Shown here: positions 15,804 through 23,005 of the stretch, piece by piece
How positions within the stretch are numbered: position 1 is the first letter of the stretch
How the letters are laid out: the number at the start of each line of letters is the position of its first letter
Virus record (IMG/VR): IMGVR_UViG_3300037418_003165
Location: 64,001-90,523 of that record
Source of the DNA: a virus
Lineage: Duplodnaviria > Heunggongvirae > Uroviricota > Caudoviricetes
DNA: 26,523 bases
Reading direction: 5' to 3' (one strand)
Program-made: the position numbers and the translations under genes
Notes under the pieces: model-generated
Databases searched by the model: none
What the model was told of the DNA's origin: nothing
The model's input: the letters and a program-made list of their open reading frames with translations, nothing else

Positions 15804-16220
15804 GACGTTGTGGTCCGTTCGATTCGGATCGAGTCGGTTCCAAACCCGTTCCCAGGCAGTTCGGTGCAGGTTCGATACCGACGTGATTGTCGAAACTCTG
15901 ACCAGCGCAAACAGGTCCTACATGGAGCGCGGGACAGGGTTGTGTGCAGATGCGGTCCAGAAGGACTCGCGGAGCCGGGATTCAGAATCGGCCTCGGCTG
16001 TTCGGATCAGATTTCTGTACCCGATTCGCGGATACCTGTATACGGTTTCGTGACGGACCGGATCCTTCGGTGGTGGAATCGAATCGGTTCGGTACCGGTT
16101 TGGAACAGGCACTGGCCGGGTTGCGATCTCAGCTGGTTGGGTTCAAATCCTTGTCCTCAGGTTCGGGATTCGAACACTTCGCGGTCGACGATGTACCAAA
16201 CCTCTACCGGGTACCGAATC
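15720..16220. repeat. Dense array of short degenerate repeats (GGTTCG/GATTCG/GGATCG/GAATCG and (G/A)TACCG)
   Basis: Roughly 20 or more copies by eye, often at 5-6 nt spacing (GTTCGATTCGGATCGAGTCGGTTCC; GAATCGAATCGGTTCGGTACCGG). Exact 12-mer GGTTCGATACCG at 15761-15772 and 15869-15880. Confidence 0.65.
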
Positions 16221-16570
16221 CGGCCATCGGCGATGAAAAGGACATCGCCGCGCCAGTTCCGTGTCCCCGGCATCGGATCCTCTTCCTCGGCGAGGTTCAG
16301 CTCGGCCGCCCACTGCTGCGCGAGAGCCTGCGGATCGTCGACTTCGTCTTCGAGGATCCGGCCCAACAGCAATGGCCCGCCGGCCATGGAGTGGCGTCTC
16401 CAGTCCAACGGCGCCAGGTGCGGCGCGTGGGCGTTGACCCATGCGCTGGTGGCACTGGCAACAACGTGTTCGAGAGCCGCCGCGTCGAGGACTAGCGGGG
16501 AGCGGGGCGCGGCAGAATAGGGATCGGATTCGGGAACTCGAGGTGCCCGCTCGTTCGTTGAAATGGACAT
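16157..16570 (-). CDS. Hypothetical protein, 137 aa
   Basis: Protein-like ORF divergent from the integrase; no family recognised. Confidence 0.55.
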   Translation of the reverse strand: MSISTNERAPRVPESDPYSAAPRSPLVLDAAALEHVVASATSAWVNAHAPHLAPLDWRRHSMAGGPLLLGRILEDEVDDPQALAQQWAAELNLAEEEDPMPGTRNWRGDVLFIADGRIRYPVEVWYIVDREVFESRT

Positions 16571-16652
16571 ACCGGACCTTCCAGCGTGCCCGCTCCAGTG
16601 TCCTCGCAGGTAGCATCCGAATCGGGCATCGACTCTAAGGAGAAGTGACAGA

Positions 16653-16700
16653 TGCGTGCTTCACGCACTACCAGCAACCTGGTGTTGCGTGAAGCAAGCA
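16653..16700. mobile_element. Candidate intact attP site of the serine integrase
   Basis: 48-bp imperfect palindrome, 19 of 23 positions per arm complementary (TGCTTCACGCA/TGCGTGAAGCA and ACCAG/CTGGT) around central AA (16676-16677), 73 bp upstream of int. Confidence 0.7.
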
Positions 16701-16773
16701 ATTCGGTACGCTAGCCCCAAGTTTGGCCGTTGTCCAGATGGGCGGCCAAAATTTGCCGTAAAGGGGCCGAGCC

Positions 16774-18180
16774 TTGATCCAATGCGGTGTTTACCTCCGC
16801 CAGTCCGACGATGATGAAGACACCCAGCTGGCCGTCACCCGGCAATGGGACGAGATCATCGCGAAGATCATCACCCCGCGTGGGTGGATTCCGGTCCGCT
16901 ATTGCGACAACGACCGGACCGCGGTCGGGCGCAAACGGGCGCTCCCGGAGCGTGACCGGATGCTGCGGGACGTCAAATCCGGACAGTTGCAGGCGATGGC
17001 GGCTTGGGACTGCGACCGCCTCTACCGCGAGCCCGTCGACCTCGAAGAGATCATCGACATCGCCGACCGCAACCACACGCTGCTGGCCACCGTGACCGGT
17101 GACATCGACTTGTCGACCGACAACGGTCGTCTGTTTGCCCGTATCAAAGGCGCGGTCGCGAAGGCTGAGACAGAGCGGCGATCCGCGCGCCAGAAGTCCA
17201 AGACGCGGCAGCTCGCGGCAGCCGGCCAGAACTTCAGCTCCCGTCGATCCTTCGGCAGGATGCCGGACGGATCGCTGAATCCAGTCGAGGCCCCGGTACT
17301 CGCCGAAGCCTATGAACTCGTGCTGACCGGCCACAGCCTCAACGGCATCATCACCGAGTGGAACCAGCGCGGCATTCTCACCAGCCTCGGCAACAAATGG
17401 AAGTCCCCGACCCAGCTGTCGACCATCCTGAAGAACCCGCGCAACGCAGGCTGGAAGTCCTACCTCGGTGAGATCATCGACGACACCGAGGCCGCATTCG
17501 AGCCGATTGTGTCGGCTGAGGTGTGGCGCGCGGTCAACGAGATCCTCGCGGACCCGTCCCGCCGGCCGGTCGATGTCGCGCGCAAATATCAACTCACCGG
17601 CATTGCCCAGTGCGGAGGCGTCTGCGCCAATCAGGATCCGCCTGTCGTCTCCACGGTGAAGGTGTGGAAGCTCTCGACAACCAATCCGATCCTGGTGCTT
17701 CGCTGCCGCACCTGTTTCGGTGTCGTGCGCGTGATGTCGGTAATCGACGACTACATCAACGGTCTGGTCATCGCTCGCCTCTCGTTGCCGGACGCTGCGG
17801 AGCTGCTGATCGACCAAAAGGTTCCCGACCTCGAGCAACGGCGGACCGAAGCGGCGGCGCTGCGCCAGCGCCTCAAGTCCCTGGCACTCGATTTCGCCGA
17901 CGGGGAGTTGGACTCGACGCAGCTGAAGGCGGCCACCAAGCGCATCAAGGAGAAGCTGGCGATCGCGGAGTCGGTCGTTCAGGATGCGAACCGGGCCCGC
18001 CTGTTCAAAGATGTCGTCGGGCCGGAGGGAGCACAGAAGTTCCCCGGTCTTCATCTCGACCGCCGGCGGGCGATCATCTCGACGCTGATGTCGATCACTC
18101 TGCTGCCGCAGCCCCTGCATGATCCGTTCGACCCGGAATCCGTCGTCATCGAATGGAAAGATCCGATCGCCGGGCGGTGA
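16774..18180 (+). CDS. int: Large serine integrase (phiRv1 Rv1586c-like), 468 aa
   Basis: Catalytic VYLRQS, WDCDRLYREP and TVTGDIDLSTDNGRLFARIKGAV, recombinase domain, Zn ribbon (LTGIAQCGGVC..RCRTC) and coiled coil. Confidence 0.93.
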   Translation: MIQCGVYLRQSDDDEDTQLAVTRQWDEIIAKIITPRGWIPVRYCDNDRTAVGRKRALPERDRMLRDVKSGQLQAMAAWDCDRLYREPVDLEEIIDIADRNHTLLATVTGDIDLSTDNGRLFARIKGAVAKAETERRSARQKSKTRQLAAAGQNFSSRRSFGRMPDGSLNPVEAPVLAEAYELVLTGHSLNGIITEWNQRGILTSLGNKWKSPTQLSTILKNPRNAGWKSYLGEIIDDTEAAFEPIVSAEVWRAVNEILADPSRRPVDVARKYQLTGIAQCGGVCANQDPPVVSTVKVWKLSTTNPILVLRCRTCFGVVRVMSVIDDYINGLVIARLSLPDAAELLIDQKVPDLEQRRTEAAALRQRLKSLALDFADGELDSTQLKAATKRIKEKLAIAESVVQDANRARLFKDVVGPEGAQKFPGLHLDRRRAIISTLMSITLLPQPLHDPFDPESVVIEWKDPIAGR

Positions 18181-18192
18181 TGCGGCGCAGCG

Positions 18193-18906
18193 TTAGCGCG
18201 GCTCGTCCCGCATCGCCCATGCGGCACGGAATCCCGGGACACCGGCTGCAGCTAGGGCCGCCAACGCGAAGGTTGCTCCGACGCGCGCGAGTGTCGGGTA
18301 GTGGGTGTGGAGCCACTCGGGGCGGATGGTCATCAGCACCGCGGTGGCCACGCCGGTGCCGGCGCCGGCGAGACCGACCAGAATTGTCAGCAGCAGCGAA
18401 TGGCGAAGGTCGAACCCCGGGTCGGTCAGGTGGCTGATGCCGGTGATCAAGACCGCGGTGAAAGCGATGACCAGCCACGCGATCCACACCCAGTTGTTCA
18501 CGGTGCTGCCGGGATCGGTGAGCTGGAATTCCCGTGCGGGGGTGTCGAACTCATCGCTGAAGAGATAGCTGCCGACCAGGGCGAAGCTCACGACGATTGT
18601 CGTGATCCTCCAGGCTCGCAGCTTGCGGTCGCTCCAGTGGCGGCGGTTGAAGGAGACGACGAGTTCATAGCTGGCGAATACCAGCAGCAAGCGCTGCGCG
18701 ATGTTCGACGTATTCGCGCCGATGAAATCCATTAGGGGATCAATGAATTCGTCGCCCCAGGACAGGAACAGGGACGAGGCGAACGCGAGGACGAGCATGC
18801 CGATGGTGAACCGGTGGGAATCCTCGGCCGTTTCAGGGCCCGGTACCGACCACACCCGTACGCGGGCAAGCCCGACCACCGCATTCGCAATGATCGCTAG
18901 CAACAC
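18193..18906 (-). CDS. Polytopic membrane protein (about 6-7 TM), 237 aa
   Basis: Multiple hydrophobic helices; TAGACT -10 box 6 nt before GTG. Loosely like the N-terminal part of the MAB_1171c-type family. Confidence 0.75.
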   Translation of the reverse strand: MLLAIIANAVVGLARVRVWSVPGPETAEDSHRFTIGMLVLAFASSLFLSWGDEFIDPLMDFIGANTSNIAQRLLLVFASYELVVSFNRRHWSDRKLRAWRITTIVVSFALVGSYLFSDEFDTPAREFQLTDPGSTVNNWVWIAWLVIAFTAVLITGISHLTDPGFDLRHSLLLTILVGLAGAGTGVATAVLMTIRPEWLHTHYPTLARVGATFALAALAAAGVPGFRAAWAMRDEPR

Positions 18907-18952
18907 GGTGGCAGTCTATTTACCCTGCTTAAGCAATGAAAGATCCAACTGT

Positions 18953-19246
18953 TCAGTCTATTCCGAACGCGCCGCGCGGACCTGCGCCGGGATGCTCCGG
19001 AAGGTCGCCGGCTTCGGCTCGTTCTTCGGCTGCTTTGAGGATTTGCCAAGCGGGTACTTCGAGGGCGTTAGCGATTGCCACCAGTTGCCGGATGGAACAG
19101 GAGCGTTCGTTGTACTCGAGACGTTGATACACGTTGGTGCGCTTGCCCATTGCAGACGCCAGCTCGGACTGCGTCAGGTCTGCCGCGTCTCGGCGCGTCT
19201 TGAACTCGTCAGCCAGCGTTGCGGCGACGTCGTCGGGTGCAGCCAT
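18953..19246 (-). CDS. Small XRE-family HTH regulator, 97 aa
   Basis: FKTRRDAADLTQSELASAMG..VYQRLEYNERSCSIRQLVAIANALEV; TACGCT 6 nt before ATG 19246 supports a leaderless start. Confidence 0.85.
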   Translation of the reverse strand: MAAPDDVAATLADEFKTRRDAADLTQSELASAMGKRTNVYQRLEYNERSCSIRQLVAIANALEVPAWQILKAAEERAEAGDLPEHPGAGPRGAFGID

Positions 19247-19360
19247 TGTCTCAGCGTAACCAGTGTTTTCGTGGCTTGGTCGGTCTGCGATCTGGGTGTT
19301 GAGCTGGAGCATTGCCGCAAAATGCCTGCGAGGTTGCCGTGAATGCGGCAAACTACTTCC

Positions 19361-19380
19361 GCACTCCCATATGGGAGTGC
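19361..19380. promoter_or_regulatory. Perfect 20-bp palindrome, candidate operator
   Basis: GCACTCCCAT|ATGGGAGTGC with no spacer, upstream of the small XRE gene, directly followed by TACGCT. Confidence 0.7.
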
Positions 19381-19596
19381 TACGCTCCGTGCGATCAGTT
19401 TAGAGCATTACTGTCCCACAAAATAGCGAGACGCACCCTCCAGTCGGGGGAAGGGCAGCGTTTCGGCTCGAATCCACCTTGAGGTGCTGAACGTGGAGCC
19501 ACCTGATGCGGCTACCAACTTCGTCGGCATTGAGAGACTCCAGTGCGATGTGGGAGTCGACGACGACGAAACTGAATATCTCTGCGAACTCGTCTG

Positions 19597-20208
19597 CTAC
19601 CCGGACGCGTCGTCGACGCCGTTATCGCCGTCGATAGCGGCAGATCTAGCGGAAGGATTGGCCTGCTTGGTCAAGTACTGCAGGGCCTCTCCTAGCGCCG
19701 ACATCTGATCCGGGCCGCCCATCCATTCAGCTACGGCATCGGCGCCGGTCTCCAGAACCTCCTCCACCACTTCGGCGAAGTCTTCAGCCGCCATCTCGCC
19801 AGCCCTGAAATCCTCCAGGCGCAGGCCGAGGCGAGACAGCGCGATCATCAGCTGAATCATCGACGTGTTGGTGACGGGATGATTCGTCATCGTGTAGCGG
19901 ACGCTGCCGTCATTGCCGGCGGATAGTTCACCGAATGGTCGGGTTATCCCGCGTCGCGTCTGCTTCGGCAGTGTTTCGGGATCTCCCTCACGTAGATAGA
20001 CGCGCGTCGCGCTCCCCGGCTCCCAGTCCAAGCCGACGTCCAGTTTGCGCAGCGTGTCCTTGCTCACGGAGGTCGCGGTGCCCTGTTCCAGCCCGGTCAG
20101 CGTGGTGTCCGACGGGCCGCCAGCGCGGTAGACGTCGACTTGGGTGCGGCGCAACTCGAGGCGGCGTTTCTTCACGAGTTGGCCAAGCCTTGCTATGTCC
20201 GGGCGCAT
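19597..20208 (-). CDS. Immunity repressor (HTH), 203 aa
   Basis: RLGQLVKKRRLELRRTQVDVYRAGGPSDTTLTGLEQG..TLRKLDVGLDWEPGS is the actinophage repressor pattern; divergent from a Cro-like gene. Confidence 0.85.
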   Translation of the reverse strand: MRPDIARLGQLVKKRRLELRRTQVDVYRAGGPSDTTLTGLEQGTATSVSKDTLRKLDVGLDWEPGSATRVYLREGDPETLPKQTRRGITRPFGELSAGNDGSVRYTMTNHPVTNTSMIQLMIALSRLGLRLEDFRAGEMAAEDFAEVVEEVLETGADAVAEWMGGPDQMSALGEALQYLTKQANPSARSAAIDGDNGVDDASG

Positions 20209-20228
20209 GAACCCAGTTTGAACGAGAA

Positions 20229-20327
20229 CTTCGGCAAACAGAAGCGTCTTCGGCAAACAGGGCATCTGCGTGTGCGCAGGTCAAGGTTGCTGCGAGCGAG
20301 GCCAAATCGTAGCAATGTTTGCCGAAG
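20229..20327. promoter_or_regulatory. Three copies of an asymmetric 12-13 bp operator-like motif in the repressor/cro interval
   Basis: CTTCGGCAAACAG at 20229-20241 and 20248-20260; inverted TGTTTGCCGAAG at 20316-20327. Confidence 0.8.
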
Positions 20328-20333
20328 CTATCC

Positions 20334-20362
20334 TTGCCAGGTCCGGAGGTTTGCCCTACTGT
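20334..20362 (+). promoter_or_regulatory. SigA-type early lytic promoter
   Basis: TTGCCA (20334-20339), 17 bp, TACTGT (20357-20362); in-frame GTG of cro 7 nt downstream. Confidence 0.7.
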
Positions 20363-20369
20363 ACCCCTC

Positions 20370-20669
20370 GTGGCAGCAGAATTTGCGGCAAGAAATGAGG
20401 CAGATCTTGGGAGACCGCGCCGCCCCGTGCCATGGGTCGGTCTCGAGGTTTTGCGCAATCTCACTGGATGGAGCCTCGGTGAATTAGTTCACCGGTTGCG
20501 TCGGTGCGGTCACACCGTGTCCCGAGGCCATTTGTCGGCCGTGGAAACCGGCACCCGCGGCGCCAGCTTGGAACTCATCATCGCGCTGGAGAAGGTCTAC
20601 GGCCTCGAGCCCGGAACCATCCAGGTCGACTACGAACTCCGCCATGAAACGCAGAGGGCCGCCGGATGA
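20370..20669 (+). CDS. Cro-like HTH protein, 99 aa
   Basis: VGLEVLRNLTGWSLGELVHRL..TVSRGHLSAVETGTRGASLELIIALEKVYGL; first gene of the early operon. Confidence 0.85.
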   Translation: MAAEFAARNEADLGRPRRPVPWVGLEVLRNLTGWSLGELVHRLRRCGHTVSRGHLSAVETGTRGASLELIIALEKVYGLEPGTIQVDYELRHETQRAAG

Positions 20670-20869
20670 GCGCCAACTACAGCGAATCCGACGCAGCCCG
20701 AATCATTCTCGGCTCTATGCCGTCGCCCGAGCGGGACGCATACGAGCAGCAGAAGGCGAAGTGGATCGCAGATCAGATCGCGAAATGCCCACCGCTTTCG
20801 GAATCGCAAAAGTCCGTCATCCGAACCGCATTCGCCCAACATCTCACTGAAGGGAAATCCGCCGCATGA
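20666..20869 (+). CDS. Small protein, candidate recombination directionality factor (phiRv1 Rv1584c-like), 67 aa
   Basis: WIADQIAKCPPLSESQKSVIR resembles the IAD..APPLTDEQR segment recalled for the phiRv1 RDF; located right after cro. Confidence 0.45.
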   Translation: MSANYSESDAARIILGSMPSPERDAYEQQKAKWIADQIAKCPPLSESQKSVIRTAFAQHLTEGKSAA

Positions 20870-21318
20870 CGATCGGTTGGACCTGCTTCGGCCTCATCGT
20901 GGCGGCCGACGCATTCGGAATCTGGGTGCTCTCGCGCGTCAAGAAGTACAGCGGTGACGCGCAGCAAAGCGCCACTCGCGCAGAGGCCGCCGCGAGGACC
21001 ACGGTCGCGGCCCGCCGCCCGGGCGCCACCGCTGAAAGCCTGTCGACGGCACTACCGATCCGGGAAACTGGGCAGCCGCGGCACCGTGCCACCCCCTCCC
21101 GCCCCGCGCGGAACGCCGCTCGGTCGAGCAACGCATTCACCGGTTGGGGGCGCGACGCGGAGCCGGTCATCGACAATGTCGCCGCGATCGAAACCGCAAT
21201 CGGGGACGCGGGCGGCAGCGATATCGGGACGTTCGACAACACCAGCTGCGACACCAGCTCGGCGGTGGACACCAGTTCCTCGACAGACTCGAGCTGCAGT
21301 GTCGATGGCGGCTACTGA
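20866..21318 (+). CDS. Membrane-anchored hypothetical protein with Ser/Asp-rich C-terminus, 150 aa
   Basis: N-terminal TM; low-complexity tail DTSSAVDTSSSTDSSCSVDGGY; ATGA overlap. Confidence 0.65.
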   Translation: MTIGWTCFGLIVAADAFGIWVLSRVKKYSGDAQQSATRAEAAARTTVAARRPGATAESLSTALPIRETGQPRHRATPSRPARNAARSSNAFTGWGRDAEPVIDNVAAIETAIGDAGGSDIGTFDNTSCDTSSAVDTSSSTDSSCSVDGGY

Positions 21319-21557
21319 TGAACCGCGCGCTGCGTGATCTCAGCCTCGCCGTACTCGCAATGACGCTCGCGACCTATGCCCGCGGCGGATGCGACGCGGA
21401 CACGGCCCTCTCCTGGATCGTGGTTGGACTGTCGCTGGGCGGGTTCGGAACCGTCTTGGCTGCCGCGCCGATATTGCGGCGCTTCGACCGACTCATGCCT
21501 CCGGCGCCGATCGACGCCGGCCTCCGCGGATTGATCACCGCCATGGAGAGGGGGTGA
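21318..21557 (+). CDS. Small 2-TM protein, 79 aa
   Basis: TGATG overlap with the upstream stop; two hydrophobic segments. Confidence 0.65.
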   Translation: MNRALRDLSLAVLAMTLATYARGGCDADTALSWIVVGLSLGGFGTVLAAAPILRRFDRLMPPAPIDAGLRGLITAMERG

Positions 21558-21562
21558 ACCCG

Positions 21563-21661
21563 ATGACCGACTTCTTCGCCTGGATGGCGGGGCTGTACAC
21601 GCGCACCGCCCCGGCCGCCGTCGGCCCCGATCTCCTCGGGGCTTGGAGTTACGGCCCATAG
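21563..21661 (+). CDS. Very small hypothetical protein, 32 aa
   Basis: GAGAGGGGG RBS then ATG; MTDFFAWMAGLYTRTAPAAVGPDLLGAWSYGP. Confidence 0.45.
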   Translation: MTDFFAWMAGLYTRTAPAAVGPDLLGAWSYGP

Positions 21662-21888
21662 GCACCTGCCACGACCGGTGATGCACCCCGGCCGTGGCAG
21701 GCAGCGCCGGTGCCGCGTGGCGGTCCGGCCCAACGCGCGGCCCGCAATCACACCACCCGCATCCTCTGGACGATTGCGGGCCGCGTTTCCAAACCTGAAC
21801 TGACAGAAAGAAATCCGGCCGCCGCGCTCCTACACGCGGCGACCGGACCAACACTCGAATCCTTGAGCCGAACTGGAGTCTACAGCCA

Positions 21889-22323
21889 ATGACAACCTCT
21901 GCGGAGCTGCGAACAATGGCGGACGAGCAGGTGTCCGCAACCGCCGCGCTCGACACTACCGACGGCCTTGTGACCCTTCTGTGGTCAAGGATGCACTCCG
22001 ACCCGGACGACCCAGCCCCGATCGAGGCTTGGGAACACGTGCAGCCGGCCACCCGCCGCAAATTCGAACTGCTGGCCGACGCGGTCCGGGCCTACCTCTG
22101 GGTCGAGGCCGCCAACCACAAGCCGATCTATCGCCCCCGGCGTTGGGAATCGGCCCACGACATCCCCGACGGCACCCGATTTCGGGCGCTTCACGACGTG
22201 CGCGAATTCGTTCGTATCCACGACCACGCCCGCGCACTGGCCCCGGCCAACGACGCCATCAAATACGACCTCACGGCTCTCGACGAGCAGTTCGGCCGCC
22301 GGGGCTTCGTGGAGGTCGTGTGA
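21889..22323 (+). CDS. Hypothetical protein, 144 aa
   Basis: GGAG RBS; C-terminal PRRWESAHDIPDGTRFR..FVEV domain. Confidence 0.75.
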   Translation: MTTSAELRTMADEQVSATAALDTTDGLVTLLWSRMHSDPDDPAPIEAWEHVQPATRRKFELLADAVRAYLWVEAANHKPIYRPRRWESAHDIPDGTRFRALHDVREFVRIHDHARALAPANDAIKYDLTALDEQFGRRGFVEVV

Positions 22324-22655
22324 TCACACTCCAGCACCAGCGCCACGCCCGCGCCGACACGATCGGCCCCGCGGCCGCCATCGAGCCGCGGTCATGGCGC
22401 AAGGCCTACGACATCCCCGCCGGCGTGGTCTTCCGCTCGGACGCAGCGCACGCCGAGGTGACATGGCGGCGCGAGGTCAGCGGTTGCCGCGCACTGCCGC
22501 CCGTCGGCACCGGCCGTGTCTATCCCGTCGCCTTGGTCGACGGGGCCTGGAACGCCTACGGCGACCACTTCGTCGAAGTCCTGCCCGCAGCCAACGTCAC
22601 CACCTGCGGATTCCCTGACCCGTACCGGAAAAGCATTGCGAGGCAATCACAATGA
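22320..22655 (+). CDS. Hypothetical protein, 111 aa, paralogous domain to the previous gene
   Basis: GTGA overlap; PRSWRKAYDIPAGVVFR..FVEV. Confidence 0.7.
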   Translation: MITLQHQRHARADTIGPAAAIEPRSWRKAYDIPAGVVFRSDAAHAEVTWRREVSGCRALPPVGTGRVYPVALVDGAWNAYGDHFVEVLPAANVTTCGFPDPYRKSIARQSQ

Positions 22656-23005
22656 GCACACCCATTCATGCGTCCGTCGGCATGGTGCGCGACATCGACG
22701 TCCGCTATGAGCCCCCTCGGTGCGCCGAGGACCACACCGCGTCCATCTCGATCGTCGCCGATTCCCACCTCGGGATGGTCCTGGCCACCCTGCAGAACCC
22801 CGACGACGCGGAAGCGCTCGGCCGGCGACTGTTGTCGATGGCAGACCGGTGGCGAGCGGACCGCGGTGAGGTGCTGCACCCCTGGAGCGCGGCGAGGAAC
22901 GCGAACATCTTCGACCCGCCCACCGAGCGGGAGCTGCCCATCGTCGCAGGTCCGTATTCGCAGATGGTGCTGGCGGCCGCTAAGACCGAGGCGGCATCGG
23001 CATGA
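22652..23005 (+). CDS. Hypothetical protein, 117 aa
   Basis: ATGA overlaps at both ends. Confidence 0.7.
   Translation: MSTPIHASVGMVRDIDVRYEPPRCAEDHTASISIVADSHLGMVLATLQNPDDAEALGRRLLSMADRWRADRGEVLHPWSAARNANIFDPPTERELPIVAGPYSQMVLAAAKTEAASA

Noticed and set aside
15918-16112. 64-aa minus ORF in frame with the coiled-coil gene, separated by one TAG
   Set aside because: The joined translation is not protein-like and lies in the repeat field; likely chance, though not excluded without homologues.
16140-16150. GGTTCAAATCC resembling a tRNA T-loop (possible tRNA or tyrosine-integrase att core)
   Set aside because: Flanks do not form a 5-bp T-stem, no cloverleaf or CCA, it is one of many GGTTC repeats, and the integrase is serine-type.
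16722-16750. 8-bp inverted repeat TTTGGCCG/CGGCCAAA before int as the att site
   Set aside because: Short arms and a 13-nt spacer; much weaker than 16653-16700. It may be part of int promoter control.
19484-19708. Plus-strand 74-aa ORF
   Set aside because: Overlaps the repressor 3' end in antisense, with no RBS or recognisable content.
19597-20208. Integration-dependent immunity (attP inside the repressor, ssrA-like tag)
   Set aside because: That system uses tyrosine integrases; here the C-terminus is DDASG and the attP candidate lies upstream of int.
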